Source: Vitrella brassicaformis CCMP3155 (taxonomy: Eukaryota; Protista; Chromerida). From it: DNA of 42,600 nucleotides. Position 1 is the first letter of the stretch. Each line of letters starts with the position of its first letter. Below, piece by piece: positions 1 through 10,901 of this stretch. The notes beneath the pieces are model-generated. The model made no database searches. It was not told the origin of the DNA and was given only the letters and a program-made list of their open reading frames with translations. Position numbers and translations under genes: made by a program. The stretch spans positions 1 to 42,600 of the forward strand of contig CDMY01000614.1 in the NCBI GenBank assembly GCA_001179505.1. Direction: 5' to 3'.

Positions 1-162
1 GCAGTGGTCGCAGCGTGCAGCGAGGCCGGGGGGGTGACGGCCGTAACGCATGTTGAGGGCATCTCGAAACTCCGCAGCATCAAGACCAGTGTTGTTGTCT
101 GTCGACGGGAGGGTGGTCAGCCAGCCGGACGTCTTGTACTCGGCGCTGCGGGAGAGGACGCG

Positions 163-3096
163 ATGGCGCCGAGACGGAAGGAAGAGCTGCAACTGCTCCT
201 CAAGGTATTCATTCTGAGTGTGTATTGCTGGGGGAACTGCTCGCCGTCTCATGCTCCCTGTTGTGCTTGCTGTTCCTCAACATGCACTGTCTGTGCCTCA
301 TTCTCATCTGTGTGCTCATGAAGGAGGCCCACAGGGTTCGTTCAGAGGTCGATGCGTTGACATGCCGGCTGGCGGCGCTCGAGAAGGGCGGAGTGAGCGA
401 GGTGGACCGGGACAGAATGGAGCAGACCATCACTGTCATGAAACAGGTGGGTGCACATACATAATGAACGCATGTGAGACAATCTATCTGCCTCCACTCG
501 GGGAGAGCCATACTGAGCGTGGTTGTCTCCGCCTGTTGGTTGGTATGCTGCACTGCAGCAGCTGCAGGTGCACACCGTGTTGATCAACGACGTCAAGCAG
601 CAGCTCGACGACCTCAAGGCGCGCACAGAGGAAGACGCCCAGCACAAGGAGGCCCGGGCAGAGATCAGGAGGTCGGCCCCCAACCTACCACCCATCCACA
701 ACGATGCACGGAGGCTGCGTCATTGTCTCTGTCTTCAGATTGCGCAACGAGATGAAGGGTCTGAGTGAGGTGCAGAGCCTTTTTGAGGCCACACGGGTTT
801 CCGAGGGCCGAGAAGCCGAGCGCCAGATGGCCAGAGTGGTCAAGGACATGGAGGCCATGCAGGCAGAGATGGGGCAGCTCAAAGGCCTTAAGGTCGGCCA
901 GGCAGGGGGGCTAGGATAACACACACATCCGTGATACTGGTTGCTTGCGTGGCATGGATCAAGCAGGCCGAGATGGCCTCCCTGCGTCAGGAGATGGGCG
1001 ACTTGTCTCGTGCTCACGCCAAGGTCGACACCGACGTCATGGCCTTGCAAGGCGGGCTGCAGCAGCTGCAGATGCACTGTGGACAGATACAGCAGATACT
1101 CACACAAATCAAGGCGCTGCAGGTACCCCCCCACCCCCACCCCCCCAGGAAGACACACAAACACCTCGGTTGATTGGTCGCTTCGTTCCTTCCTTCTTCA
1201 GGCGTCGCTGGACAGTCAGGGGGCCCGCGTGTCGACTGTCAGTGACAGCGTTGCAGACGTCAAGCAGATCACCAGCAGGCTGGCGCAGAAGCTGGACGGC
1301 CTATGGTCGAGCCACGAGAGAGATCACAGCGCACTCGAGGACCTCAGGAGGGACGTCAGGCACCTGCAGCAGGCACACGAGGAGCTCCAGAGACAAGTAT
1401 ATATATGAGCGGGCACTTCACACACATCTGTCTGTCTACCGTGGTGGTTCTTCGTCTGTCTGTATGTGTGTGTATGCAGCAGCAGGAGGCGGGAAATGGT
1501 GGCCGGCAGGAAGGGGCTGCTGGTGCAGCAGAGGACATGCTTGGCAGATGCATGCAGCAGATCCACAAGCTCTCCCTCTCCGTCACACAGCTGCAAGTGC
1601 GCAAACCATTCCAAAGTAATGAAAAGCCCATATGGACGGCTCTCTGCCTGCCTCAGGGCAAGATCCACCGCCACTTCGAGGCAACATCGTCCCACCGGTC
1701 CCCTTCTCTCGAGACGGAAGGCCGCCCCCCAGCCATCCCCGAGTGTGACGAGCTGTACGACTGCTCGCTGCCGCTGCCCCCGCCCGCTCTGTCTGCCACT
1801 GCGACCCACAAGCAGATGACAACACAGACGTCCCCCAGGCTGGCTGCAATGCTCGAGGGCGAGAGCAAGAGGGAGAAAGTGGGTGAGAGGAGAAGGTCGT
1901 CGCCTGACACCAAGGAAAGGTGAGTGAGTCGAGGGAAGGAGGAGCCACGCATTGCATTGACGGGAGAGATCTCGTGTGTTGTGTTGTTGTGTATGTGTGA
2001 CGTGTAGTCGGACGATCAAGCGGGCGTGGGGCTTTCTCAATCCGACACCCGCAACAACCACCGCGTCAGTCGTCACCCTCAACGACATTGGTGCAGCCAG
2101 CACGGACAACTAACACAGAACACATGCACACAGCTCGTCACATATATCACCTTTCCTCTGTTTCTGTCCCGCCAGACCGTCACTCTGACGACAGCCACTA
2201 CCGCACCTCATACCGCACCTCACACGCCTCACACACGACCTCACTGGACAACAGCGCCATTGTGCCGGTTGAAAGGCGAGCCCACTCGCCACTCAACAGG
2301 GCGGCACGAGCCACCGTGGCCGCGGCGGGGGCACAGCTGAGGGGCATCGGCAGCCTCGGATTCACCATGGTACGTGGACACTCAGAGAGAGAGAAAAGAG
2401 AGAGAGACGGACAGGCAGACACACGGTGACATGCAAGCGCAATGTCTGTCTGTCCTTGTGTGTGTCTGCCTCACTCTCTCAGGTTGCTCGTCGGCTGGAG
2501 GCGATGGTGAGCGGCGGCCATGGCGAGTCGGACACCGTGAGTGAGAGCAGCAAGGCGCACAGCGAGGGGGGCCGCAAGAAGGAGAAGCGGGTAAGCAAGA
2601 AGAGCAAACGGGCCAGTGGAGGAGGACAAGACGGGTGAAGCGCAAGCAAGGCAGGTCGACCGCAGCGAGTGGGGAGCGTGGTTGCCTAAGTGAGATGCGA
2701 CGAGACTGATACCCGCTGCAGTGATATGCATGATATGCATGATCAATGCGACGATGGTTTCGTGGCGACGATAGATCGATTGACAGTCCCCCATCCATCA
2801 CATGTCGATCGTTTCGCTGCAACCATGCATTGCGAGCAACGAGACAAAAACCAATGACTGACTGACCCAGAGAAGCAATTGACGAGCTCATCATATTGAG
2901 TGGTTCTGTGCATGGCTGAAAGCTTCGCTGTCGATATAATTGAAGACGGATCTTGAGAAAATGTCTCGGTGTCGCTGCAGGCCTTGACGCAATGTTTAGC
3001 CGCCTCAGGACTGAATGTCGGATGCAACCACCCGGCCCCACAGTTTGTCTGGGCCGGTCTGTTTGGTTGCCTCTGATAGGCCAGACCTACATCTAG
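163..3096 (+). CDS. Multi-exon hypothetical coiled-coil protein with low-complexity C-terminal half
   Basis: ATG at 163 (MAPRRKEELQLLLK|gtattc). A chain of GT-AG exons keeps phase and encodes heptad-rich helices (LQVHTVLINDVKQQLDDLKARTEE; LRNEMKGLSEVQSLFE; QAEMASLRQEMGDLSRAHAKVDTDVMALQGGLQQLQ; ALEDLRRDVRHLQQAHEELQRQ), followed by S/T/P-rich exons. The stop is either 2638 (no splice) or 3096 if GG|gtgaag at ~2635 is spliced to give EAIDELIILS(G)LDAMFSRLRTECQTYI*. Confidence 0.7.
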
Positions 3097-4176
3097 GCAC
3101 GTGCACACCGGCAAAGTCCATTGAGGTGTGTAAGTAGTGCCCAGAGATCTCGAGGCAGGTAGCCGAAAGAGATTCCTCGGCCTCTGTGCGCTAGCAGGAC
3201 GGCCGAACGGACCGTACGCGTTCAACGCAAAGATTTGTAGTCAATCGTCTCACAATGGCAGCCGCGCAGCACACTCAGTCACACAGCACAACCACGCCAC
3301 AGCCATGCGTCGCATCAACACAGCAAGAAGGCGAGTACACAAGCGCTAAAGCCACACAGACAGACAGACCGTGCTGGCCATACTTGCTGGTGGATCCCTC
3401 ACACACAGGCCCTCCTATCAACAGGGTGATAACCAGCAGGCAGAGACAGCGGGACGGGCAGGCAGGCAGACAGACGGAGAAGGAAGCGACAAAAAGGTCG
3501 CCCGAGAAGGAGGAGAGCGTTCACGCGTGCACATGTATCGTCTTGTTGGTTGCTGGGGTGTGAGTTGGGTGACGGAGTAGACAGTGCAGTAAGTCGTGCA
3601 GGCACTCGTTGGCCCAGTAGGGGTCTGTACTGGCCGCCTTATTGTGTGTGTGCTTTTGTGTTTTGTGTTTTGTGTTTGTGCTATCGACAAGGCAGAGCAG
3701 AAAGAAAGAAGAAACACAACTGCCAAACCCGCCAACCAGCCAATCAGCCGAGATCGATGCGATTCAAAACATGTCGTGTGTGTGTGTGTGTCTGGATGTG
3801 CGTGTGAGCATTCACCGGGCCGGACAACCAGCAAGAAGGAAGCACAACGCCCAGAGAGACAGAGAGAGAGAGAGTCGGGCGTCGGGGGAAGGTCTGAGTG
3901 TGTGTGTGTGTGTGTAGATAAATTGGCTCGTCTCTGGTTGCCACTTGCCTTTGCTTGCGGCCAGCAGACAGACAAGGCGGCGACATAAACCAGTGTTCAG
4001 GCAGGCAGGCAGGCAACACCGGATCCATCCCTTCTCTCTCCTGCGTCGCGAGTCAGAACTGGGTGGTGCGAGTGAATGCCAGTGGTACACAAACGCACAC
4101 ACAACCAGGAGCAGCAGCAGCAGAAGGTACGCACACACACATATAAGTGAGTGGATCGACACATGAGTCCCCTGGT

Positions 4177-4476
4177 NNNNNNNNNNNNNNNNNNNNNNNN
4201 NNNNNNNNNNNNNNNNNNNNNNNNNNNNNNNNNNNNNNNNNNNNNNNNNNNNNNNNNNNNNNNNNNNNNNNNNNNNNNNNNNNNNNNNNNNNNNNNNNNN
4301 NNNNNNNNNNNNNNNNNNNNNNNNNNNNNNNNNNNNNNNNNNNNNNNNNNNNNNNNNNNNNNNNNNNNNNNNNNNNNNNNNNNNNNNNNNNNNNNNNNNN
4401 NNNNNNNNNNNNNNNNNNNNNNNNNNNNNNNNNNNNNNNNNNNNNNNNNNNNNNNNNNNNNNNNNNNNNNNNNNNN
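4177..4476. other. Assembly gap (300 N)
   Basis: Run of n from 4177 to 4476. The right flank starts in (GCCA)n/(GACA)n repeats. Confidence 0.99.
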
Positions 4477-5683
4477 GCCAGCCAGCCAGCCAGCCAGCCA
4501 GCGAGACAGACAGACAGACAGACGGACGGACGTTCGGTCACACCAGTGGCTGGCTATCAAGTTGCAACCTACTTATACCTACCAGCGCTCGTGAGATCTC
4601 GTCTTGGTCAAGAAGCGGGCAAGCAGGCGCGCGAGTCTAATCACACGGAGAAGATGAGATGAGGTTAGACGGGAATAGCCAAGAGGACAAGAGAGAGGAA
4701 AGACTAGGAGCGACTATGCCCTCCCCCTAGCTACCTATCCACACGCACACACACACACAGAGAGCATAGAGGCACGCAGCCAGGCAGACAGGCAGACAGG
4801 AACGCGACGCGACATCCATAAAGCGCAAAGCGTAAAGTCCTGCTGGAAATATAATGAGGCAAACAATACAAACAGGCAAACAATACAGCCATCCGGGGAC
4901 ACGGACACACCCCCGCAACGCATGGCTGACCAGCCGGCGACCAGCACACAGAGACACACATGAGCAGGAAGATGGGCAGACAGACAGACAGACAGACAGA
5001 CACGCCTCACTCACTGACTACACGCTTCCTACCGACGGACGGACGGCCGTGCGTATGCAGGCCGCCGCCGCATAGAAAGCGACAAAAAACTTCCCTTCAC
5101 CCCTCCCAAGGCGATGGCTGATGGAACGGCACGACAGACGAGACGAGACGAGACGAGATGAGATGAAATGGGATGGCATGATGGCCATGGTTATACGCTA
5201 GAGACTATGATCTAGGTCTATCAACACAAGGCAAAGGCACACTGAGAGCGAGGGAGGGAGGGAGGGAGGGAGGGACGAACGAGTGAGTGGCAACAGAAAC
5301 CGACAGAGAGATACAGAGCCAAAGGGATGGGACGCACCAGCCAGCCAGGCAGCCAGCCAGGCAGCCAGGCAGCTAATGCGCACCACAAGCACCGCACCCA
5401 TAGCTTAAACTCCGATCCATCCAGCCAGCCAGCCCTTTCCCGTTCGCCGTGCATCAACCAACCAATGATTGGTCCAGTACTGTAGGAGAATAATCCCTTC
5501 CTTCCTCTGTTTGGCTGGCCGGCCCTCCCACCCGCTCCCCTCTCTGAAGCTGACGGATGACCTAGCGCTATGCATCAAATCAACCACACACAGACACACG
5601 CTCATGCAGCAGCAGGTGGCAGACATCCACATATAGGTAGAGGAGTGCGGCACCTCCTCTCATGTCTCATGTCCCAACCAACA

Positions 5684-5756
5684 CAGACAGACAGACAGAC
5701 AGGCAGACAGACAGGCAGGCAGACAGACAGGCAGACAGACAGGCAGACAGGCAGGC
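5684..5756. repeat. Compound (CAGA/CAGG)n tetranucleotide microsatellite
   Basis: cagacagacagacagacaggcagacagacaggcaggcagacag... read directly. Confidence 0.95.
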
Positions 5757-8700
5757 ATCACAGGCACTACGGTACCGACACACACATTGAGTGGAAGAGG
5801 GACACAAACAAGGCGACAGAGCCCCCCGTTGACACACACGTCCCGCCTTTCAAGAGAAGACACATGAATCTGCGTCGGTGGGCGCGGCGAGAGTGCCTCA
5901 GTGCCGAAGAGAACATGTGGCGAGAAAGTGCAAGCGTGGTTGAGAAAATGGGAATCAAGTGGACGGAACCTCACACAGACGAAAGCCAGCGACCAAGCCA
6001 TAGCATAGATCGAGGGGAGAAGGAGTGAAAAACATGCATGCCGCACACAGCTGCGCATTGCACCCCACACACAGTATGCGCTCGACTCGTCTCGTCCTCT
6101 TCTCCCCTACCCCCCGCCCCGCTCCGCCCCGCCCCACCAGACACACTCCCACACACACAGGCCCCTAGCACTCATTTTATCGTTCCTTCACAGCACCCAC
6201 TATGGTGCGTGCCCGGACACCCACTGCAAAAATCGGTTGGAGGTCCAGCCGCCGAACAGGCCAGGCCAATCACGTGCCTTCGCGTGACCAGCACACCATC
6301 CCCTCCCGCCATCCATCTCAGGGAGGCAGGCAGGCAGGCAGGCAGGACTTCCGTGTGTGTCACACCACAGGCAGGGAGACAAAAAGAGCGTCGGCCATGG
6401 TTGATGAGTCAGGGCATCATGGTGACTAGCCAGCCCGTCGTGGGCTGGCTGGCTTGCTTGAAACGATCGGCCGACACATCCATCCATCCATCCAGTAGGT
6501 AGTGCACGATGCAAGACAGTGTGTGTGGCGTGTCGTGCAGCAGCTTAAAGTGGGCAGCTGGTGGGTGGGTGGGGCGGTCCTTCCTTCCTTATTGCGATCG
6601 ATGAGTGAGTGAGTGAGTGGGCGCGTAGAGGCGAAAGAAGTGAGCAGATGCAACCAACGTCATGAATTCGTCTGTGTGTGTGTGTGTGTGTGTGGCGTGA
6701 CACGGCAACACCGCCGCAACACAGCCATGTGAGCATCAAGGCAACCAACAAACCAGCAGCAAACAAGCAGCAAGAGCGGGTCAGCAGCAGCAGCCAGCCA
6801 GCGAGCAGCTCACCCCCTGTCCTTCCTCCCTCGGCCGCACCGCAAATGCGGCCCCCCGCATCAGTTTGCCAGCTCGCATCTCCGCCCCAACTGCCCTGCA
6901 CACCCATCGGGTACCGCACCGCAGCGCACCGGGCACTCAGTGAGAAACAAGGACAGGCCCTGCCCGCCTCTGTCTGGGCGTGCAGCCTTGATCCAACAGC
7001 ACCGCCTCACCAGCCGCCCTTGCCGCATCAAACAAGTGTGCAGCTAGCCTCACTAGAGAGCCCCGTGTGCACCATTTCACCGCAATCGAGCAGCAGCCAG
7101 CAGCCAAGGAAAAAGACGAAAGTGACCGTCATTTGTCGTGTCGTCTGTCCGTCCGTCCTAAGCGCTAAGCACGAATTCCTAAGGATCTGATCTGATCTCA
7201 CCAACAACCAGAAAACAATACAATCCGGTCGGTAGTGTAATACGGTGCGATACGATTACGATACCATGCAGCCCTCTCCCCCCTCCCATAGGCACCCCCC
7301 CACACACACAGACAACCCTCCTACGAACGACTGGCTGACGAGAAAAGGAGCACACAGACAGCCCCTCCCCACCAAGGCCTGACGAGAAATATAGGTACCC
7401 TCCCCCAATCCCATCCCCCCGCCGCACCCCCTGACCCACGTACGTGCGTGGCGTGCGATGTGATGACGTGTCATGACTGACGGTGGATGGCGCTGGGCAG
7501 CGCAGAAAAATGCGACGAAGGAAGGACGGACGGACGGACTGGCAGCCGGCCGGCCGGCTGGCTGCACCAGCCGCAGCCAGCCAGCCAACCCGCTTGCCCG
7601 CCTGGTCGCTCTCACACTCTCACTCACTTCTCTCACTCATCAGACACTCTGACTGACAGTCTCCCTGACTCGGCTGCTACTGCTACTCTTCGCACACACA
7701 GACAGACAGACAGCTGGGGCCGCCCCTCCCTAGTGTCACTCACGAGACAGACGAGAAATAGATCCGTGAGATGGGGTGCGATGAATGGATGGCGGGATTG
7801 ATGGCGAAAGGGATGGCGACACACACGACAGACAAACAAACAAACCGGCGAAAAAGAAGAACAAAGGAAATGATGGATGGATGGACGTGTGAATGACAAG
7901 AGTGAGCTTAGCTCTAAAGATAAGATGCTCGTACCAAGGCTGGATGCACGCGCACACCACACCACACCACACCACACCGCTCAGCATAGAGGGAGGGACA
8001 CACACACACCGGTGGGTGTCCGGGGAGGGGCAGGCAGGCAGGAATGGGACAAAAGATGATAATACATGCATTGCAGGCAGGCAGGCAGGCGACGTGGTGT
8101 AATGAATGCGATGGCATGTGTGTGTGTGTGTGTGTTAGCCGCACCACATCACAACGGGCGTATGTCCGCTCCGCACATATTCGACAGTCAAGAAAGTCCC
8201 GAAAGGCACCGGCAGGGAATCCACCAATCCACCACGGCAGCACCGTCAGAAAAGCCCAACACAGACAGACAGGTGGGTATCCGCAGAGCATAGCATAGAA
8301 GCGATGTGTGTCGTGCACTCACTGACTCACTCAGCCCGTCTGTTCCCTCCCTCCCTCCCTCCCTCCCCCCCCTCATGCGCCACACAATCACCGTTCGAGA
8401 ACCGACGTAGAAAGTTCTGTTCGACCGACCGACTGTGCGTGTGTGTCGACAGTTCCAATTCGCAAACCAACGTAAAGACCGACAGGCGGACACGGGTGTG
8501 AAGGTCAACAAGTGGGTGAAGGAGTGAGTGAGTGAGTGAGTAGGCACGACCAAGCGGGGGTGGGGGAGCGAGTGTGTTCGAGTGCCGGCTCCAGTGTGCC
8601 CCCGTGATGAGCTCCCGTGAGCTGACTTGATAAACAACCAGCACAACACCCGTCAAGACACACACAGAGAGAGAGGGGCCCATCCCATCCCTGCCACCCA

Positions 8701-9454
8701 CATCCATCCAAACAAGGCATACAGCCCTCCCCCCCCCGCCGCCCGCCTCCCCTCCCAGTGTGCTTCATTGTCTGCTTGCGGTGCGGTGCGGTGCGCCCCA
8801 CGGATAAAAACATCGGGCGGCTGGGCTGTCCGACCCCCCGATGGCTGGCTGACCTGGATCACTCACTGCTGTCCGTCCGTCTGTCTGTCTGTCTGTCTTT
8901 GCCCTCTCACGCGCCATGCTTGACACGGGCCAATACAACGAACGACAGACTCACTTGACAAAAGACCATTTTCGGTCACACGCACACGCACGGCCGCACC
9001 GCACCCATCAGTCACACACAACGATAAAGTTGGCCAGCACCCTCCTCCCTCTCCTCTCGTCCCTCGTCCCGCTCCCTCGCTCAGCTATGCGTGTGTGGTG
9101 TCTGTGTGTCTGTGGTGTGTGCTGTGTCTGTGTGTAAGTATGGTGGCAAGCCGTGTGTGTCACGTGTGTGCAGTGAGTGCATCGGCCGGCCTCTGTCAGA
9201 CCAGCACGACACAATGCCGGCTGGCTGCTGACAAACAAGGCATGGCGAGGCAAGGCGGGGCGAGGTGGGTCTACAAATGGAATGGAATGAGATGGATGGA
9301 TGGATGGATCATTCAGCTGACAAGCCCCCACACAGCACACACAACATACAAAACCCATCTCACATCTCACATCTCGCCCACACGGCCTCTCAACCAACCA
9401 GCAAACAAACAGACCAACACCCCTCCCTCCCTCCCTCCCTCCCTCCCTCCCCCG

Positions 9455-10489
9455 TCAGATGTCCTCGGCGGCGAGAGGCGCGTCGGCGGCAGGGGTGTGC
9501 GTGCTGCACATCGGTGACTTGGGCGCCTTGCATCTCGCAGACGTCCCAGGGTGATGCACCGGCGTCAATGGGGCAACGCACTCGCACTGAACAACACAAA
9601 GGAGCGACGCCCAGTCACCATTCATCTGGCCGTGTCCGTGCCGTCATCCTTATCTCACCTCTCCACCGATGGCCTCTTCTCCCGTGAGTTTGGGGTATGG
9701 CGGCAGCCTCAGCGGACCCAACGACCGCACCACACCGCCACCACCCCCTGGCCGCTCACTGGGCGGCCACCGACCGTTGTCGATGGCGCCGTGGGCGACC
9801 AGCAGGGTGAGAATGGCCTCGTACACGGCGGCAGCCGACGGGTGGGAACGCATCAACCTGATTGAAACACAGCAGGGATTGGCATGGTGTGCTCGTGTGG
9901 GTGGGTGGTTGTGATGGTGTCTGTCGGTGTTGTCCAGTTAAGTACTTACGTGTGCGCGAGTTGGTACGGTGTGAGTCCCCCGCCCACGTCGGCCATGCCA
10001 CTGAGGGGGAGGTTGGGGTCCTCACCGCAAACCGACAACGCCTCGCGCGTGCCGTCAACGTCGCCGCGCAGGATCGAATCGTGCAGGCATGACACACGCC
10101 TGATGGATGACAAAACAACAACAAGACATCCGGTGAGCATGTGCACCGCCCTCCCTCCCTCCCTCCCTCCGACTCACTCACCTGGCACCCATGGGCGTCT
10201 TGGGCGTCAGTGGAGGCATCCCCTGCCTCCTCGTGGGCGTCACGAAGCCATCCCCCTCGCGAGACACACCCCACCCTCCACACCCAACACCGCTCCTCTC
10301 GCCCTCATGCTCATCGTCATCTGCCTCCACGCCCCACGTGTCCTCATGCACCACCGAGGGCGGCGGCAGCGTCTCGCGAGACAGGCTGGCCAGCGACGGA
10401 CGGGTGGCCGTCCTTATGCTGCTGCTGCTGGTGCTGGTGCTGGTGGTGGTTGTGGTGCTGATGGATGTGGTCCGTGCCAGTTGGTCCAT
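9455..10489 (-). CDS. Small protein with ankyrin-repeat-like segment (4 exons, ~265 aa)
   Basis: ATG at 10489 (MDQLARTT...). Exons are 10489-10182, 10099-9950, a third from ~9856 and a last ending at TGA 9455, with phase-compatible GT-AG junctions. They encode CLHDSILRGDVDGTREALSVCGEDPN...LTPYQLAHTLMRSHPSAAAVYEAILTLLVAHGA, an ankyrin-like pattern. Confidence 0.65.
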
Positions 10490-10901
10490 GGTGCGTGTGA
10501 GGCAGAGAGAGGGGAAGGGGAGGGGGAGGGAGGGCCCACTGGCCCGCGTGCATGAGTCAGTCATCGCCACTCGATATATGCCTGACTCGCCTCAGTGCTG
10601 TCGCTTTTCAGATCAGTCCTGTGGTCCGTCTGGCAGTCAGTTCGCCGCTGTGCGCATGAGACCAGGGAAGGCGCCGCTCCTCGCAGATGCGCTGTGGTCC
10701 TCCCTTGGATGGTGCGGCTCTATGCTCAGATGCGCCAGACAGGCGAAAGATGCGAATATGGTCGAAATACGAGAGATCGAGGCCTCAGGGAAAGAGAGAA
10801 GCGCCAGAGGTGCCCAAAGAGCCCGAAAGTTGAGCTCGCTCATTCATTTGGTGCTCCCTGCTGGTCCTTGGGAGTCGCGTTCAAGGCCAACGTGTGACCA
10901 A
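10490..10901. promoter_or_regulatory. Probable bidirectional promoter (ankyrin-like gene / AIG1-like gene)
   Basis: Divergent start codons about 410 bp apart. Inferred from gene geometry only. Confidence 0.45.

Larger units (their letters stand above)
3400..9450. repeat. Microsatellite mosaic, apparently non-coding (GACA, GGCA, GCCA, GGGA, CA, GT, TGAG, GATG, CACCA, GACGA units)
   Basis: Dense short tandem repeats. ORFs here translate as repeat-derived CVCV/TDRQ/PASQ/PPSL strings, and I found no coherent exon chain. Confidence 0.7.

Noticed and set aside
5120-5185. Drifting pentamer array (GACGA)n to (GATGA) to (GATGG), briefly considered as telomeric or CRISPR-like
   Set aside because: No unique spacers, no fixed unit and very short; consistent with slippage.
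7460-7480. TGATGA...CTGA (C/D-box-like) with ATGAC-GT-GTCAT palindrome
   Set aside because: The boxes are only ~10 nt apart, far too close for a snoRNA, and there is no terminal stem or guide.
3400-9450. Dozens of 60-190 aa ORFs in the track
   Set aside because: They translate microsatellites (CVCV, TDRQ, PASQ, PPSL) or run through the N gap, and no phase-compatible exon chain was found.
10191-10901. N-terminal 237 aa of the 823-aa ORF as real protein
   Set aside because: It overlaps antisense with exon 1 of the ankyrin-like gene and lacks coding-like composition, while a targeting-peptide-like sequence starts at 10902. Kept only as a low-interest finding.
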